In this document: in pieces, positions 1 to 8,877 of the stretch
Layout of the letters: every line of letters starts with the position of its first letter
Numbering within the stretch: position 1 is the first letter of the stretch
From: a virus
Taxonomy: Duplodnaviria > Caudoviricetes
Length of the DNA stretch: 32,887 nucleotides
Strand: one strand, 5' to 3'
Virus record (IMG/VR): IMGVR_UViG_3300031460_000004
Coordinates: 1-32,887 of that record
The notes under the pieces: generated by a model
Told to the model about the DNA's origin: nothing
Seen by the model: the letters and a program-made list of their open reading frames with translations, nothing else
Database searches by the model: none
Position numbers and translations under genes: made by a program

Positions 1-180
1 GAACGACAGGGTGGCCTGATTGGACCCGTTCGCTGTCACAAGTAAGCCCTGGAACGCCGCGAGCGTCCGCAGTTGCCACGCCAGACGGTCCGGTTGGCCG
101 CGCACCCCACGCCGGGGATTCGGCTGGCTCAGCGTGATGTCATAGATGGGACGATGCGACCATGTAGCCATGCGTGACAT
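1..180 (-). CDS. 5' part of a probable baseplate hub protein (runs off the window edge)
   Basis: ATG at 180 preceded by GGAGGTG; open frame MSRMATWSHRPIYDITLSQP... to base 1. Function inferred only from its position after the tube-initiator and LysM genes. Confidence 0.55.
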   Translation of the reverse strand, partial: MSRMATWSHRPIYDITLSQPNPRRGVRGQPDRLAWQLRTLAAFQGLLVTANGSNQATLSF

Positions 181-220
181 CACCTCCCGGTTCTGACAGC
201 GGCGCGCGGCACGCGCCGCG

Positions 221-409
221 CTACGCCTTCCACGGCAACGTCAGTACCGTGCCTGGCGCAAGCGCGACATAGTCAAAGACCGCAGGATTAGCGGCGTAGA
301 TATCGTCCATGTAGGCGTATATGTCCGCATACCCCGCATCTCGGAGGAAGCGGGACGCGACATGGACAAGCGTATCCCCCGCCTGCCACACATAGCGATA
401 CCCGTCCAT
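221..409 (-). CDS. LysM-domain baseplate protein (P2 gpX-like)
   Basis: YVWQAGDTLVHVA...IYAANP...LAPGTVLTLP matches the LysM pattern; GGAGG RBS; typical myovirus position. Confidence 0.8.
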   Translation of the reverse strand: MDGYRYVWQAGDTLVHVASRFLRDAGYADIYAYMDDIYAANPAVFDYVALAPGTVLTLPWKA

Positions 410-433
410 GTCGCCTCCATATCCAAAGGTGTG

Positions 434-931
434 TTAGCGGGGGTACGGCGTAATAGCGAGTTGTGGGGCAGACACGCGCACAGCGGGCGCGTGGGTATCA
501 GCGCCGTACTCAATGAACGTCAAATCATACTGCGCGTAGAGGTGCTTGTCGGCGGTGATGCGGTCGGTCATGCGCCGCAGGTAGCCGTGCTTGATACCGT
601 TGAAGTGGGCGGGATACCCGAACATGATCTTCTTGTTAGGGCGTCCCACAATTGGCCGAAAGTATTCAAGCGCCCACAGGCCACCAGGACCGTCTAGTCC
701 ATCAATGCCTGTAAACCCTTGCATCGTGATGTGGCTGGGCTTCACGCCGAAGTCGAGCACGCCGTAGCCGTCCAGCGTCTGCACGTCTCCCTGGAGCGCT
801 TCGCTCTCGTTGCTGTACGTCTGCGGGTTAATGCGGAATGTGTAGACGCGGCGGCCGTCGCTGAAGTACGCCTTCTTGGTGATGCGTTTGGCGCGCTCGA
901 CAAAATGGAACAGGCGCTGCGCGTCGGTCAT
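434..931 (-). CDS. Putative tail tube initiator / baseplate centre protein
   Basis: Likely start ATG 931 (GAGGTG upstream); YTFRINPQTYS...ITMQGFTG pattern typical of genes following the tape measure in contractile tails. Confidence 0.6.
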   Translation of the reverse strand: MTDAQRLFHFVERAKRITKKAYFSDGRRVYTFRINPQTYSNESEALQGDVQTLDGYGVLDFGVKPSHITMQGFTGIDGLDGPGGLWALEYFRPIVGRPNKKIMFGYPAHFNGIKHGYLRRMTDRITADKHLYAQYDLTFIEYGADTHAPAVRVSAPQLAITPYPR

Positions 932-967
932 CTCTGCCACACCGCACCTCACATTGACACGATAGGC

Positions 968-1002
968 AACAAGAAACCTCGCGCGGCACGGCCGGCGAGG
1001 TT
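968..1002 (-). terminator. Intrinsic terminator
   Basis: Minus strand AACCTCGCCGGC-CGT-GCCGCGCGAGGTT followed by TCTTGTT. Confidence 0.55.
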
Positions 1003-1128
1003 GAATAGAGACAATGGAAGGTAGGTGGGTGGGTTGACTATGGGCGACGGATGCGCCCACTAGTCCGCTTAGTCGTCACTTTCGTCAGGGCAACCCTAAA
1101 CCAACACGCACGGCAAAATGAGCGGTCA

Positions 1129-1157
1129 TTGACGATCCCCTACTCAATTCCTATACT
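1129..1157 (+). promoter_or_regulatory. Sigma70-type promoter for the exported-protein moron
   Basis: TTGACG-17 bp-TATACT. Confidence 0.75.
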
Positions 1158-1195
1158 AAACTAAAATCGCATCACAGGTGAAGGGAGGGGAGTCA

Positions 1196-2350
1196 ATGTA
1201 CTTCCAAACGAGTGGCATAGCACGCGCCATTACAATTGGAGGGTTATTTACATGCTTGGTTATAACCAACCACGGGCGCTCACGTGCAAGCGGGGAGGCA
1301 TTGCTTTTACCCCCTCGCTCCGTTTTTATGCTTCCTCCATCTCTAACAGGGACCCCGTATACTTTGTACGGATCGCAGGCATCTACCACATCTCATTTTT
1401 CAAGCGGGGATGCTTTGACAACGTATTGGTGGTCTGTGTTGCCAATTGGCATGAACAAGCCATCCTTGGGCAGCTTCAGTGTTACGGTGATGCGTAGTGC
1501 GGCGCTGGCAAGTGCCAGAAGCGCCAGTTTCAATTCTGACGCATCTCACGGATGCATCGGCAATGGTTCGGGGTGTAGCACTACTTCTCCTCCAAATACC
1601 CCCCTTCTTGGCAAACCAGGTGGCGGGTGGTTGCGTGGAGTATGCACTCAATCAGTGTATTGTGCATACGCAGGTGGAGCTACCTACCGTAATGTGTTTT
1701 TTGTGGTTGAGGTTGACTGCGAAGGGCCACACGCTGCAAGATGCACACAATGGACAGATCGCTTAATCCGCCTCTTGGTTGGACACCTGGAATCTTACGC
1801 AGGCGTGCCAGACACGACGGCAAACGAGCCACCGGCACGGCAGCCAACCATCAACCGCCCCGTAGAACCAGCACCACTTCTACCACCGTCATCACTGTTC
1901 TATTTTAGTGGCCTCGGGCACTATAACGGCGGGGTGTACTCCCACACAAGTCAAGGCATACGCGTTGACGATTGGACACTTAAACCATCAATTTTTACAG
2001 GCAATGTAGGTGCAACGTATCATATTTTCTTCTATCGCAACAACAAAGACGCCTTAGTAGCAAATCAGTCTATAAAAACGCAACTGATGAACGCCCTTTC
2101 GGCTGTAACCCTTCAGCAAATCGATCTACATCGCACCGAATTGAACATTGCAGACCTCCATGCGTGGATGTTCATTACGCCCAACATCCACTGTGACACA
2201 AACGGTGGCTTTGTTTTTCGCAACATTGTTGTGCTTATGGGGGTTAACTCTCAAGATAATGTAGATACATGCACTAGTAAGGTGCAGTGGGCCGCCGACA
2301 CAGAAGCACGCATCTTGAACGCCGCTTCAGATTACGGCCTTACCCACTAA
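1196..2350 (+). CDS. Exported or membrane-anchored moron protein with two internally repeated Cys-containing domains
   Basis: GGAGG RBS, ATG 1196; N-terminal hydrophobic stretch; AT-richer codon usage; repeat units LLPP...C..GG..YRNV..V...C..QW and LLPP...C...GG..FRNI..V...C...QW joined by a Pro-rich linker. Confidence 0.75.
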   Translation: MYFQTSGIARAITIGGLFTCLVITNHGRSRASGEALLLPPRSVFMLPPSLTGTPYTLYGSQASTTSHFSSGDALTTYWWSVLPIGMNKPSLGSFSVTVMRSAALASARSASFNSDASHGCIGNGSGCSTTSPPNTPLLGKPGGGWLRGVCTQSVYCAYAGGATYRNVFFVVEVDCEGPHAARCTQWTDRLIRLLVGHLESYAGVPDTTANEPPARQPTINRPVEPAPLLPPSSLFYFSGLGHYNGGVYSHTSQGIRVDDWTLKPSIFTGNVGATYHIFFYRNNKDALVANQSIKTQLMNALSAVTLQQIDLHRTELNIADLHAWMFITPNIHCDTNGGFVFRNIVVLMGVNSQDNVDTCTSKVQWAADTEARILNAASDYGLTH

Positions 2351-2352
2351 AA

Positions 2353-2622
2353 TCACACATGGCCCTTGCCGGTTTCGGCGTCATCCCCACTACCGCTACG
2401 TGGACGCCCTTCACCGCTTAGGTTGTTGAGGTACTCGTTCAACCATTGAGGCGTTGTCATGACGATGCGTGGACTATAACGGCGTACGCGTAACTTGCCT
2501 CTGAGCGCAGCCATACGCAACGCGCTAGGTGATGCATACCCAGCACGCCGTGCGGCCTCAGCTAGCGTTATGTAATCTTCTTCGTCTGCCACTATAGGCG
2601 CATACAGCACTGCAACCGACAT
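2353..2622 (-). CDS. Small helix-turn-helix DNA-binding protein (excisionase/MerR-like HTH)
   Basis: YITLAEAARRAGYASPSALRMAALRGKL...WLNEYL; GGAGG and TATAAT upstream. Confidence 0.75.
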   Translation of the reverse strand: MSVAVLYAPIVADEEDYITLAEAARRAGYASPSALRMAALRGKLRVRRYSPRIVMTTPQWLNEYLNNLSGEGRPRSGSGDDAETGKGHV

Positions 2623-2645
2623 GCAAGCCTATTCCCCCTCCACCT

Positions 2646-2686
2646 ATTATATTAGTATTGACGATAGCGTAACAACATGCTATCCT
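2646..2686. promoter_or_regulatory. Overlapping divergent promoters
   Basis: Plus strand TTGACG(2658)-17 bp-TATCCT with upstream TG; minus strand TATAAT at 2651-2646. Confidence 0.65.
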
Positions 2687-2784
2687 CAAAGCGGGTGGGT
2701 AATGGCTCGCCTAAACAGAAACCCGCATGTCACCTCCGGTCAAAGATGAGACATACGGGCCACCCCAGCAAAGGAGTGTTCGTC

Positions 2785-3087
2785 ATGAGTATAGCAGACA
2801 GAAGCGACCATCTGCGCGTCATTGCCGCCCCCGACTTCCCGTGTACCGAACATGAGGCGTTCGGCGTCGAGATGATGGGCTTGGTGAAAGAACTCAGCTT
2901 TGCCGAGCCGGGATGGGTCACAGACATTATGGACACGGCTCCCCATCACAAAAAGGCGGTCGCTGTATTCGCCCTCACCCTTGTCATCCTGAACGCCGAC
3001 GCCATCGAAGCCAACATGCGGGCGCTGTACACGCCGGGGTTGTCCGTCGTTGCGAGTGGCCGTCCGGCGACGGTTCCGGCCTGTTAG
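2785..3087 (+). CDS. Hypothetical protein (100 aa)
   Basis: AAAGGAG RBS, ATG 2785; first gene of a tightly spaced three-gene unit. Confidence 0.7.
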   Translation: MSIADRSDHLRVIAAPDFPCTEHEAFGVEMMGLVKELSFAEPGWVTDIMDTAPHHKKAVAVFALTLVILNADAIEANMRALYTPGLSVVASGRPATVPAC

Positions 3088-3098
3088 GAGGCCAGACC

Positions 3099-3323
3099 AT
3101 GGATACCATGACGGGGGCGCGGCCACGCGCCCCCCACGGGCACGACTACAGCGTGCAGACGTTCGGCATCGCATCCCACGACCCACTGCCGCCGCTGAAT
3201 GACGGCTTGTGGGAGGTATACGGGTTCGACATCATCGCGCCGCGCACGTACAGCAGCAGCCTACACACAGGCGTTGCGTGCATTACCGTCGATAGCCCCG
3301 CCGGCGCGGGTCGGAAGGAGTAG
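3099..3323 (+). CDS. Hypothetical protein (74 aa)
   Basis: AGGAGG RBS overlapping the upstream stop, ATG 3099. Confidence 0.65.
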   Translation: MDTMTGARPRAPHGHDYSVQTFGIASHDPLPPLNDGLWEVYGFDIIAPRTYSSSLHTGVACITVDSPAGAGRKE

Positions 3324-3328
3324 CCATC

Positions 3329-3529
3329 GTGAACGGCCCAACCGTCGCAACCCCTCCACCGGATCGCCGAGGGTGGGACATCATCCAGTCCGGCGAAATC
3401 GTCGCTGCGGAAGCCCCGTGGTGGCGGGATGACCCGTACTGGAAGGGGCAGGAATTGACCGACAATCAGACATGGCAGACACACAGCACAACGATGACGA
3501 CGCTGACGTTCCTGCGCAAGGAGGCGTAG
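3329..3529 (+). CDS. Hypothetical Trp-rich protein (66 aa)
   Basis: AAGGAG RBS, GTG start directly after the upstream stop. Confidence 0.6.
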   Translation: MNGPTVATPPPDRRGWDIIQSGEIVAAEAPWWRDDPYWKGQELTDNQTWQTHSTTMTTLTFLRKEA

Positions 3530-3543
3530 GATACATATTCGTT

Positions 3544-3575
3544 TACCGGACCGCAGCGCAAGTTGCGGTCCGGTA
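3544..3575 (+). terminator. Stable GNRA-capped hairpin (terminator or processing site)
   Basis: TACCGGACCGCAGC-GCAA-GTTGCGGTCCGGTA; only a weak U tract follows. Confidence 0.5.
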
Positions 3576-3617
3576 TATGTAACGCTAAAGCGGCGCGTTT
3601 GTGGGAGGGTGATTAGG

Positions 3618-4604
3618 ATGGTAAGCGTGTGGACATATCAACTCAGGGATCGGTTCACAAACGAAATAAGGTATGTGGGCAAGACTGACAATCCAGTAAG
3701 GCGACTTAAGCAACATTGTCGACCATCTAAAAATCTCCACAAATGGCGTTGGGTCAAAGAACACATCGCTAAAGGTGATATCCCTGCGATGGAGTTGTTG
3801 AACGAATGGCCTGATGGCAATCAAGCAAATGCCGACGAGATGAGGCTGATCGCTGAGTATCGGACTCTCAACTATCCACTAACCAATCTCACCGATGGGG
3901 GTGATGGGGCAAGGGGAATTAATCTCTCACCAGAACGTCGCGTCAAAGTTGGTGACGTGAATAAAGGGCGCAAGCACACAGAAGAAGCGCGTCGTCATAT
4001 GAAAGAGGCTAGTGAGCGTGAGAAACTTAAGCCTGGGTATTACGAGCGAAAACATGAGGCAATGAAGCTAGCATGGGCTCGACACCGCGCTAGGTTCATG
4101 AGGGCGGCCGAGTTAAGGCGTAACAATACTGATGTAGAGCGGAAACGCCTTGCCGCGCTATCTCTAAAACACGGCGACCCAGAGTATCAAGCGCGACGGT
4201 TGGATGCTCTACGCCACAAGCTATTGGGCGTCCCGCGTACGGTTGACGTGAAAAGAAGGGTGAGCATTTCGCTACGCGAGTCGCGTTTATATGCTGAGAA
4301 GATGGTCGAATTGCGGCGCGACTCCGCATGGGAAGCGAAGCGGGTTGAAGGTTTGCGCAATTTCTATAACAGCGATAGTGGTCGCGCTCTGCAAAGCGAG
4401 TTGTCGAAGCGGCGATGGGCGAAAGTGCGAAACGGCGAAAAACCATCTCATAGCGATGAGCAAAGGGCTAAGTTGTCGGTAGCGCAAAGCGCTTTGTGGG
4501 CCGACCCTGCGTATCGGGCAAAATGGAGTGCCGCAAAGAAGGCGGCAGTTGAAAGGAAGCGACAGGAGCGATTGGGGGCGCCACAACAACTCTCCTTATT
4601 CTAA
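3618..4604 (+). CDS. GIY-YIG homing endonuclease with NUMOD3-like repeats and a C-terminal QLSLF motif
   Basis: TYQLRD...RYVGKT...RLKQH...E.RLIAEY...LTNLTDGGDG; KGRKHTEEARRHM and HSDEQRAKLS repeats; alternative start GTG 3609. Confidence 0.85.
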   Translation: MVSVWTYQLRDRFTNEIRYVGKTDNPVRRLKQHCRPSKNLHKWRWVKEHIAKGDIPAMELLNEWPDGNQANADEMRLIAEYRTLNYPLTNLTDGGDGARGINLSPERRVKVGDVNKGRKHTEEARRHMKEASEREKLKPGYYERKHEAMKLAWARHRARFMRAAELRRNNTDVERKRLAALSLKHGDPEYQARRLDALRHKLLGVPRTVDVKRRVSISLRESRLYAEKMVELRRDSAWEAKRVEGLRNFYNSDSGRALQSELSKRRWAKVRNGEKPSHSDEQRAKLSVAQSALWADPAYRAKWSAAKKAAVERKRQERLGAPQQLSLF

Positions 4605-4608
4605 CCTC

Positions 4609-4638
4609 TTGACGCTGCCTAGCCTTCCCCTCTACAAT
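4609..4638 (+). promoter_or_regulatory. Sigma70-type promoter
   Basis: TTGACG-18 bp-TACAAT. Confidence 0.6.
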
Positions 4639-4661
4639 AGCGTGCGAAGGGGGGACACCTT

Positions 4662-5174
4662 ATGCATCGCTTCGTTGCTGTCGGTTTGCTTTTGCTATCT
4701 TCGCAGTCTCCACATGTAAATCGGTCGGATGTGTCCTTATGGGCGCACGATGTAGCCGCTATTATCGCGCCGTGCAATCGAGACTTTCTGACCATGAACA
4801 AGGCATTGCGGAGCTTTCGGAGCGTCCGTAATGCGCGCGCTGTATTTCACGCAGCCGACCTTGCCGCGCCAGCAGCTCACCGAGCGTTAGCAAGTTGTTC
4901 AATCGCTTTCGTGACGCTGGACCCGCCTTTTATGTCCGAATCTCCCAGTGACCAGAAAGCCATCCATGGTGATGCTCGCATTTTATCTGTTACCAGCTTA
5001 ATGAGCTATGCAATGAGGGACATCGCTAGAGCGGCACAAGACATCGTAGCGATTTCAGCCAACCACACATCACTTGCTCCGCTTGACGACATTCCACAAC
5101 GGATGGACGCAGCAACCCGCGAAAGCGATCAGGCAACAGCGCAAGTTCAAGTCATCGTAAACAGCTATTTATGA
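4662..5174 (+). CDS. Putative secreted helical moron protein
   Basis: MHRFVAVGLLLLSS signal-like N-terminus; own promoter; converges on the tape measure stop. Confidence 0.7.
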   Translation: MHRFVAVGLLLLSSQSPHVNRSDVSLWAHDVAAIIAPCNRDFLTMNKALRSFRSVRNARAVFHAADLAAPAAHRALASCSIAFVTLDPPFMSESPSDQKAIHGDARILSVTSLMSYAMRDIARAAQDIVAISANHTSLAPLDDIPQRMDAATRESDQATAQVQVIVNSYL

Positions 5175-5186
5175 ACCAATGCCAAC

Positions 5187-8100
5187 TTAACGTAAATGCC
5201 CCGGTAATGTCGGGATACCCGGCGCAGGCGGCGTGTTGTCCGTCGGGCCATACGATTGATGGGCGATAGGCTTCCGCCCGGGGTTGATGGTGTGCGTGAT
5301 GGTGTGCGTCTGCGGCTTGACCTGCCCCGTGCCGGCCGGCTTCCCATCGGGATGTGTCAGCGTGACGGTTCCACCAATCTGGATTTCGACCTTCTGCGCG
5401 GCGTTAAAGGTGTCGTGCCCGTACTGCTGCGCGTCGGGGCCACCCCCGTTATAGGCCGCAAGGGTGCGCTCCCAATTGTGTGCGCCGCGCTTGGGGTCGT
5501 CATAGATGTCACGCAGGTAGGTGTCGGATGCCGTGATGGCGCGCTGGGGGTCCATGGCGTACTGCTTGGCCTGCGCGACCGACGACGCGCCCAGGTAGCG
5601 CATGGCGTTGCGCTGGTTGTCCGCGTTCGAGAAGTCCCACTGAGCGATACCATAGCCATGGTCCCCGTGTCCCTGCACGTTCTTGAAGTCGGTTTCGCGC
5701 GCGAGCAGAGCCAGCGACACGCCGATGGGGACATGCGTGTACTGCGCGGCGCCCGCCACCATGCCCGTCACCTGCGGCGTCGCGTAGTCCGTCGACCCGC
5801 GCGTGTTGTCCACGGGGATGGCGTGCGGCGTGACGTAGCGCGGATCGACCCAGCGGGTATCGGCCCCATAGCCACTCACGTAGCCCGGCACCGTCTTGGT
5901 GTGCCCGTCGGGTGTCTCGTACGGCTTGGCGTTTTCTTTAGAAAACGGGTCGCGCGGCAAGCGCGCCGGAAAGCCGCCCTCGACGGCCGCGCCAGGGAAA
6001 GCCTCGGCGCGGCGCTGACCGGGGTGCGCGGTTTGCCACTGCTTGACCTCGGCGGCGCTTGCGCTTGCGCCCAGGGCATCGGCCCCACGAATGAACGCCG
6101 CCGCCGCGCGCTCGGCGTCGATGGCTAATTTGTCGCCCGCCGATATGATACGGTTCGAGACATCAACACCTTTGTTCGTGAGATCCGTGCCCGTTTCGGG
6201 ATGCGCTTTCTCCTTCGTTTGGAGCGAGGCGTAATAGTCCTCAGCCGCCTTGGGGCCTTGCGACACGAGGCGCTGCACGACGGCCGCCGCGTCCGGCCCC
6301 TTGAGGCTGGAGAGGTCAAGGCCGGCTGTCTGGAGCGCCTGCTCGGCCACGTCCGTCCCATACGCGCCACGGTCGAACCGCTTGGCAACGCCGGCGTAGG
6401 CATCCCACAGCGCGGCGGGATTTTTTTGTGCAGCGAGGAACTGGGGTTCCGTCATACCAAGTATGGCACTCATTTGGATGGCCTGGCTACCCTGCGCGCC
6501 GATGGCCGGGGCCAGCGCCTGCCCGACGTTTAGCTCGGGACCGGCAAGGGCCTGCGTCGCCGCCAGGGATGTGACGCCGATAGCTCCCAAACCCGCCGTC
6601 TGATTCAATTCCTTCAGCGCGGCCGTAACGCGCGAGAGGCTAACTCCAGTGAGGCGTGACGCCTGATCCATCTCGGCGTAGGTATCGCTGATTTGGCTCC
6701 CACTGAAGCCGGCGCGGGCGTACTGACCCGAGAGTTGCGTGGTCGCGCCGAGGTCCATGCCGCCGACGCGGGCAAGGGCCATGGACGCTGAGAGCGTCCC
6801 GCCCAGTTGGCTGCTGTCCACGCCCGCGTCACCTAACTGGCGCGCTGCGGCGACGCTCTCCTTCTCGTGGTACAGGTAGCCCCAACCGGTTTGCTGCGCG
6901 GTCGTCAACTCAGACGATGGTGTGGCGCCCCCTCGGCTACCGACGCCGCCCGCTAAGGTTTGCTCCTCAGCGAAATAATGACTCGATTGCGCATTGATGC
7001 CTAGGCCGACGCCGACCGCAGCCAACATCCCCGCGACCGGCGCGAACAACTCACCCAGGGCTCCGGCGACGGGACGCGCCAGACCAGACACAACATCGCC
7101 GGCCGCGCCCATGCCGGCCGCGTCAAAGGCCCCACGCGTCAGACCAGCGGCCACGCTACCGCCTGAGCGAGTCAACGCGGACGCCATCTTATCAGCGAAC
7201 GTGGTGGCGGTCCGGTCTGTGTCCTGTGCGGTCGTGCCCCCGCCCAATGCAAAAGGCGACGTATTCCCTGCGCCTATCCCCCCTGTCGTCGTTGATGACC
7301 GTCCCTGCGCCTGCGTGGTCGCAGACGACGCCTGCTGCTGCTGAGCAAGCCAGGCGCTAAACGTCCGATATACGTCAGCCGGCGCCGACGATTGCGCGCC
7401 TTGCGCGCCCGGCGCCGGCTGTGCCGGTTGCGCCAATGGGGCAGGTTGCACCAATGGGGCTGGCTGTGCCGACTGTGCCAATGGGGCTGGTTGTACCCCT
7501 GTCGGCACGGACTCAGGGGCAGGGGCGGTGGTCGCCTGCGCGAACTGATCAATGTGGCTGCTAATCGTCGCGCGCCTATCTTCGGCGCCCATGACGGCTT
7601 GATGGAGCGCCGGTGAGAGTGCCCACACGTCCTCGGGCGTGCGCGTTGCGAGCTGCGTGCGCACGTCGTCGTAGTCATCGGCCTTGAGCGGTTTCCTGCT
7701 CGGGTTAGACAGATCACTGGGGCCAGGCATCTTCAAGGCGTTGAACAGGCGTGTCGCCTGTGTCTCGCGCTTCTGGAGGTCAGGGTCCAGCGCCTCGGCG
7801 TCGCCGCGCAACCGGGTCAACGCCTCGGGCGCCAGACCGCTTGTCGGGGACGCGGGTGCGGGACCGCCTCCTATCGCAGGAGGGGATGGGGGCGCCGTCG
7901 TCGGTTGCGTGAACGTTGCAGGCCATGCTGCCCCTACTGCGGGGGGTGTGGGCGCTCCTGGCGCTGATGTCGCCGTGGATGAGGGGGGTGGCGTTGGGGG
8001 CGCGCTCTCCGACCATGCGCCATACGCTTGATAGAATGCGCCGCCTGATAGAGTAGTGGCGTCTGGCCGCGCCTGCACGAAGTCGCGCAGTCGGGCGTCA

Positions 8101-8393
8101 ATGGCGTCCTGGCGCGCGGCAATCCCCGCCTGAATGCGCGCCATCTCGGGGTTCTGCTGAGCATACAGGTCGGGCGCGTACTGACTGGTGCGCTGCTCAA
8201 CCTCATCGTAGGAGCGAGCGGGACGCTGCTTCCCCTCAAGGGTCTGATTGAAGACCTCTGTGCCATGCTGCTTCAGTTCAAGCAGCGTGTCGTCGAGGGA
8301 CTGGGCATCCTCACGCAGCGCGCCGATGTTAGCGCGAGCCTGGTCAGTGTCAACGGTGAGAGGGATGGAGACCTCATCGTCGTTCTCGTTCAT
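5187..8393 (-). CDS. Tail tape measure protein with C-terminal lytic transglycosylase (SLT) domain
   Basis: 1068 aa, Ala/Gly-rich, follows the chaperones; N-terminal VSIPLTVDTDQA; SLT motifs ALLARETDF, GYGIAQ, LAAYNGG. Confidence 0.88.
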   Translation of the reverse strand: MNENDDEVSIPLTVDTDQARANIGALREDAQSLDDTLLELKQHGTEVFNQTLEGKQRPARSYDEVEQRTSQYAPDLYAQQNPEMARIQAGIAARQDAIDARLRDFVQARPDATTLSGGAFYQAYGAWSESAPPTPPPSSTATSAPGAPTPPAVGAAWPATFTQPTTAPPSPPAIGGGPAPASPTSGLAPEALTRLRGDAEALDPDLQKRETQATRLFNALKMPGPSDLSNPSRKPLKADDYDDVRTQLATRTPEDVWALSPALHQAVMGAEDRRATISSHIDQFAQATTAPAPESVPTGVQPAPLAQSAQPAPLVQPAPLAQPAQPAPGAQGAQSSAPADVYRTFSAWLAQQQQASSATTQAQGRSSTTTGGIGAGNTSPFALGGGTTAQDTDRTATTFADKMASALTRSGGSVAAGLTRGAFDAAGMGAAGDVVSGLARPVAGALGELFAPVAGMLAAVGVGLGINAQSSHYFAEEQTLAGGVGSRGGATPSSELTTAQQTGWGYLYHEKESVAAARQLGDAGVDSSQLGGTLSASMALARVGGMDLGATTQLSGQYARAGFSGSQISDTYAEMDQASRLTGVSLSRVTAALKELNQTAGLGAIGVTSLAATQALAGPELNVGQALAPAIGAQGSQAIQMSAILGMTEPQFLAAQKNPAALWDAYAGVAKRFDRGAYGTDVAEQALQTAGLDLSSLKGPDAAAVVQRLVSQGPKAAEDYYASLQTKEKAHPETGTDLTNKGVDVSNRIISAGDKLAIDAERAAAAFIRGADALGASASAAEVKQWQTAHPGQRRAEAFPGAAVEGGFPARLPRDPFSKENAKPYETPDGHTKTVPGYVSGYGADTRWVDPRYVTPHAIPVDNTRGSTDYATPQVTGMVAGAAQYTHVPIGVSLALLARETDFKNVQGHGDHGYGIAQWDFSNADNQRNAMRYLGASSVAQAKQYAMDPQRAITASDTYLRDIYDDPKRGAHNWERTLAAYNGGGPDAQQYGHDTFNAAQKVEIQIGGTVTLTHPDGKPAGTGQVKPQTHTITHTINPGRKPIAHQSYGPTDNTPPAPGIPTLPGHLR

Positions 8394-8457
8394 CCCCGCG
8401 CACCCCTTTGTCTACGTGGCCTTTCATAACCGCAACGGCCATGACCAACGTGACGCG

Positions 8458-8877
8458 CTACCGGCGTGTCACGGCCTGCCACGCGCGCTCATCCAACCCA
8501 TCCATGTCTATGTCATCGCCATCACTGCCGTCATCCACGCTGCCCCAGAGATGAGGCGGCAAGGTCGGCGGCGCGTCAATCCAGAGGGGATCGCTGGCGA
8601 AAAACTCCTCTTCGGCGTCTTCCTCGGCCCGCGCCGCCTCGGCGGGCGTTGGCGGTGGCTTGAGAGCCTCGAACGCGCCCTGCGGGTTGTGCTGGATGGC
8701 CCACGCCACGAGACGCTCCTCGTGGCGCTCCTCGTGGCGCTCCTCCTCGTCCCACTCCTCATTGAGCGTGACGTAGGCCCACTCGTCTGGGGTTAGCAGG
8801 CGGCCGGGGCCACCAAAGAAGGTGCTATCGCGGAGTCGCCTCCACTCAGCCCTCTTCAGTGGCCGCCTGAGTTTGGG
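8458..8877 (-). CDS. Tail assembly chaperone C-terminal extension (gpT-like), reached by -1 frameshift
   Basis: Open -1 frame beginning at slippery heptamer C CCA AAC; no convincing start of its own; lies just before the tape measure gene. Confidence 0.7.
   Translation of the reverse strand, partial: PKLRRPLKRAEWRRLRDSTFFGGPGRLLTPDEWAYVTLNEEWDEEERHEERHEERLVAWAIQHNPQGAFEALKPPPTPAEAARAEEDAEEEFFASDPLWIDAPPTLPPHLWGSVDDGSDGDDIDMDGLDERAWQAVTRR

Noticed and set aside
1076-1095. Hammerhead-like CTGACGA...GAAA on the minus strand
   Set aside because: The two core segments overlap with no stem II between them.
3530-4610. Group I intron around the GIY-YIG gene
   Set aside because: No interrupted host gene and no recognisable P7 or other core elements; appears free-standing.
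5256-6128. 290-aa plus-strand ORF (likewise 16447-17331 and 13373-14134)
   Set aside because: Antisense shadows of the tape measure, capsid and neck genes produced by GC3 bias.
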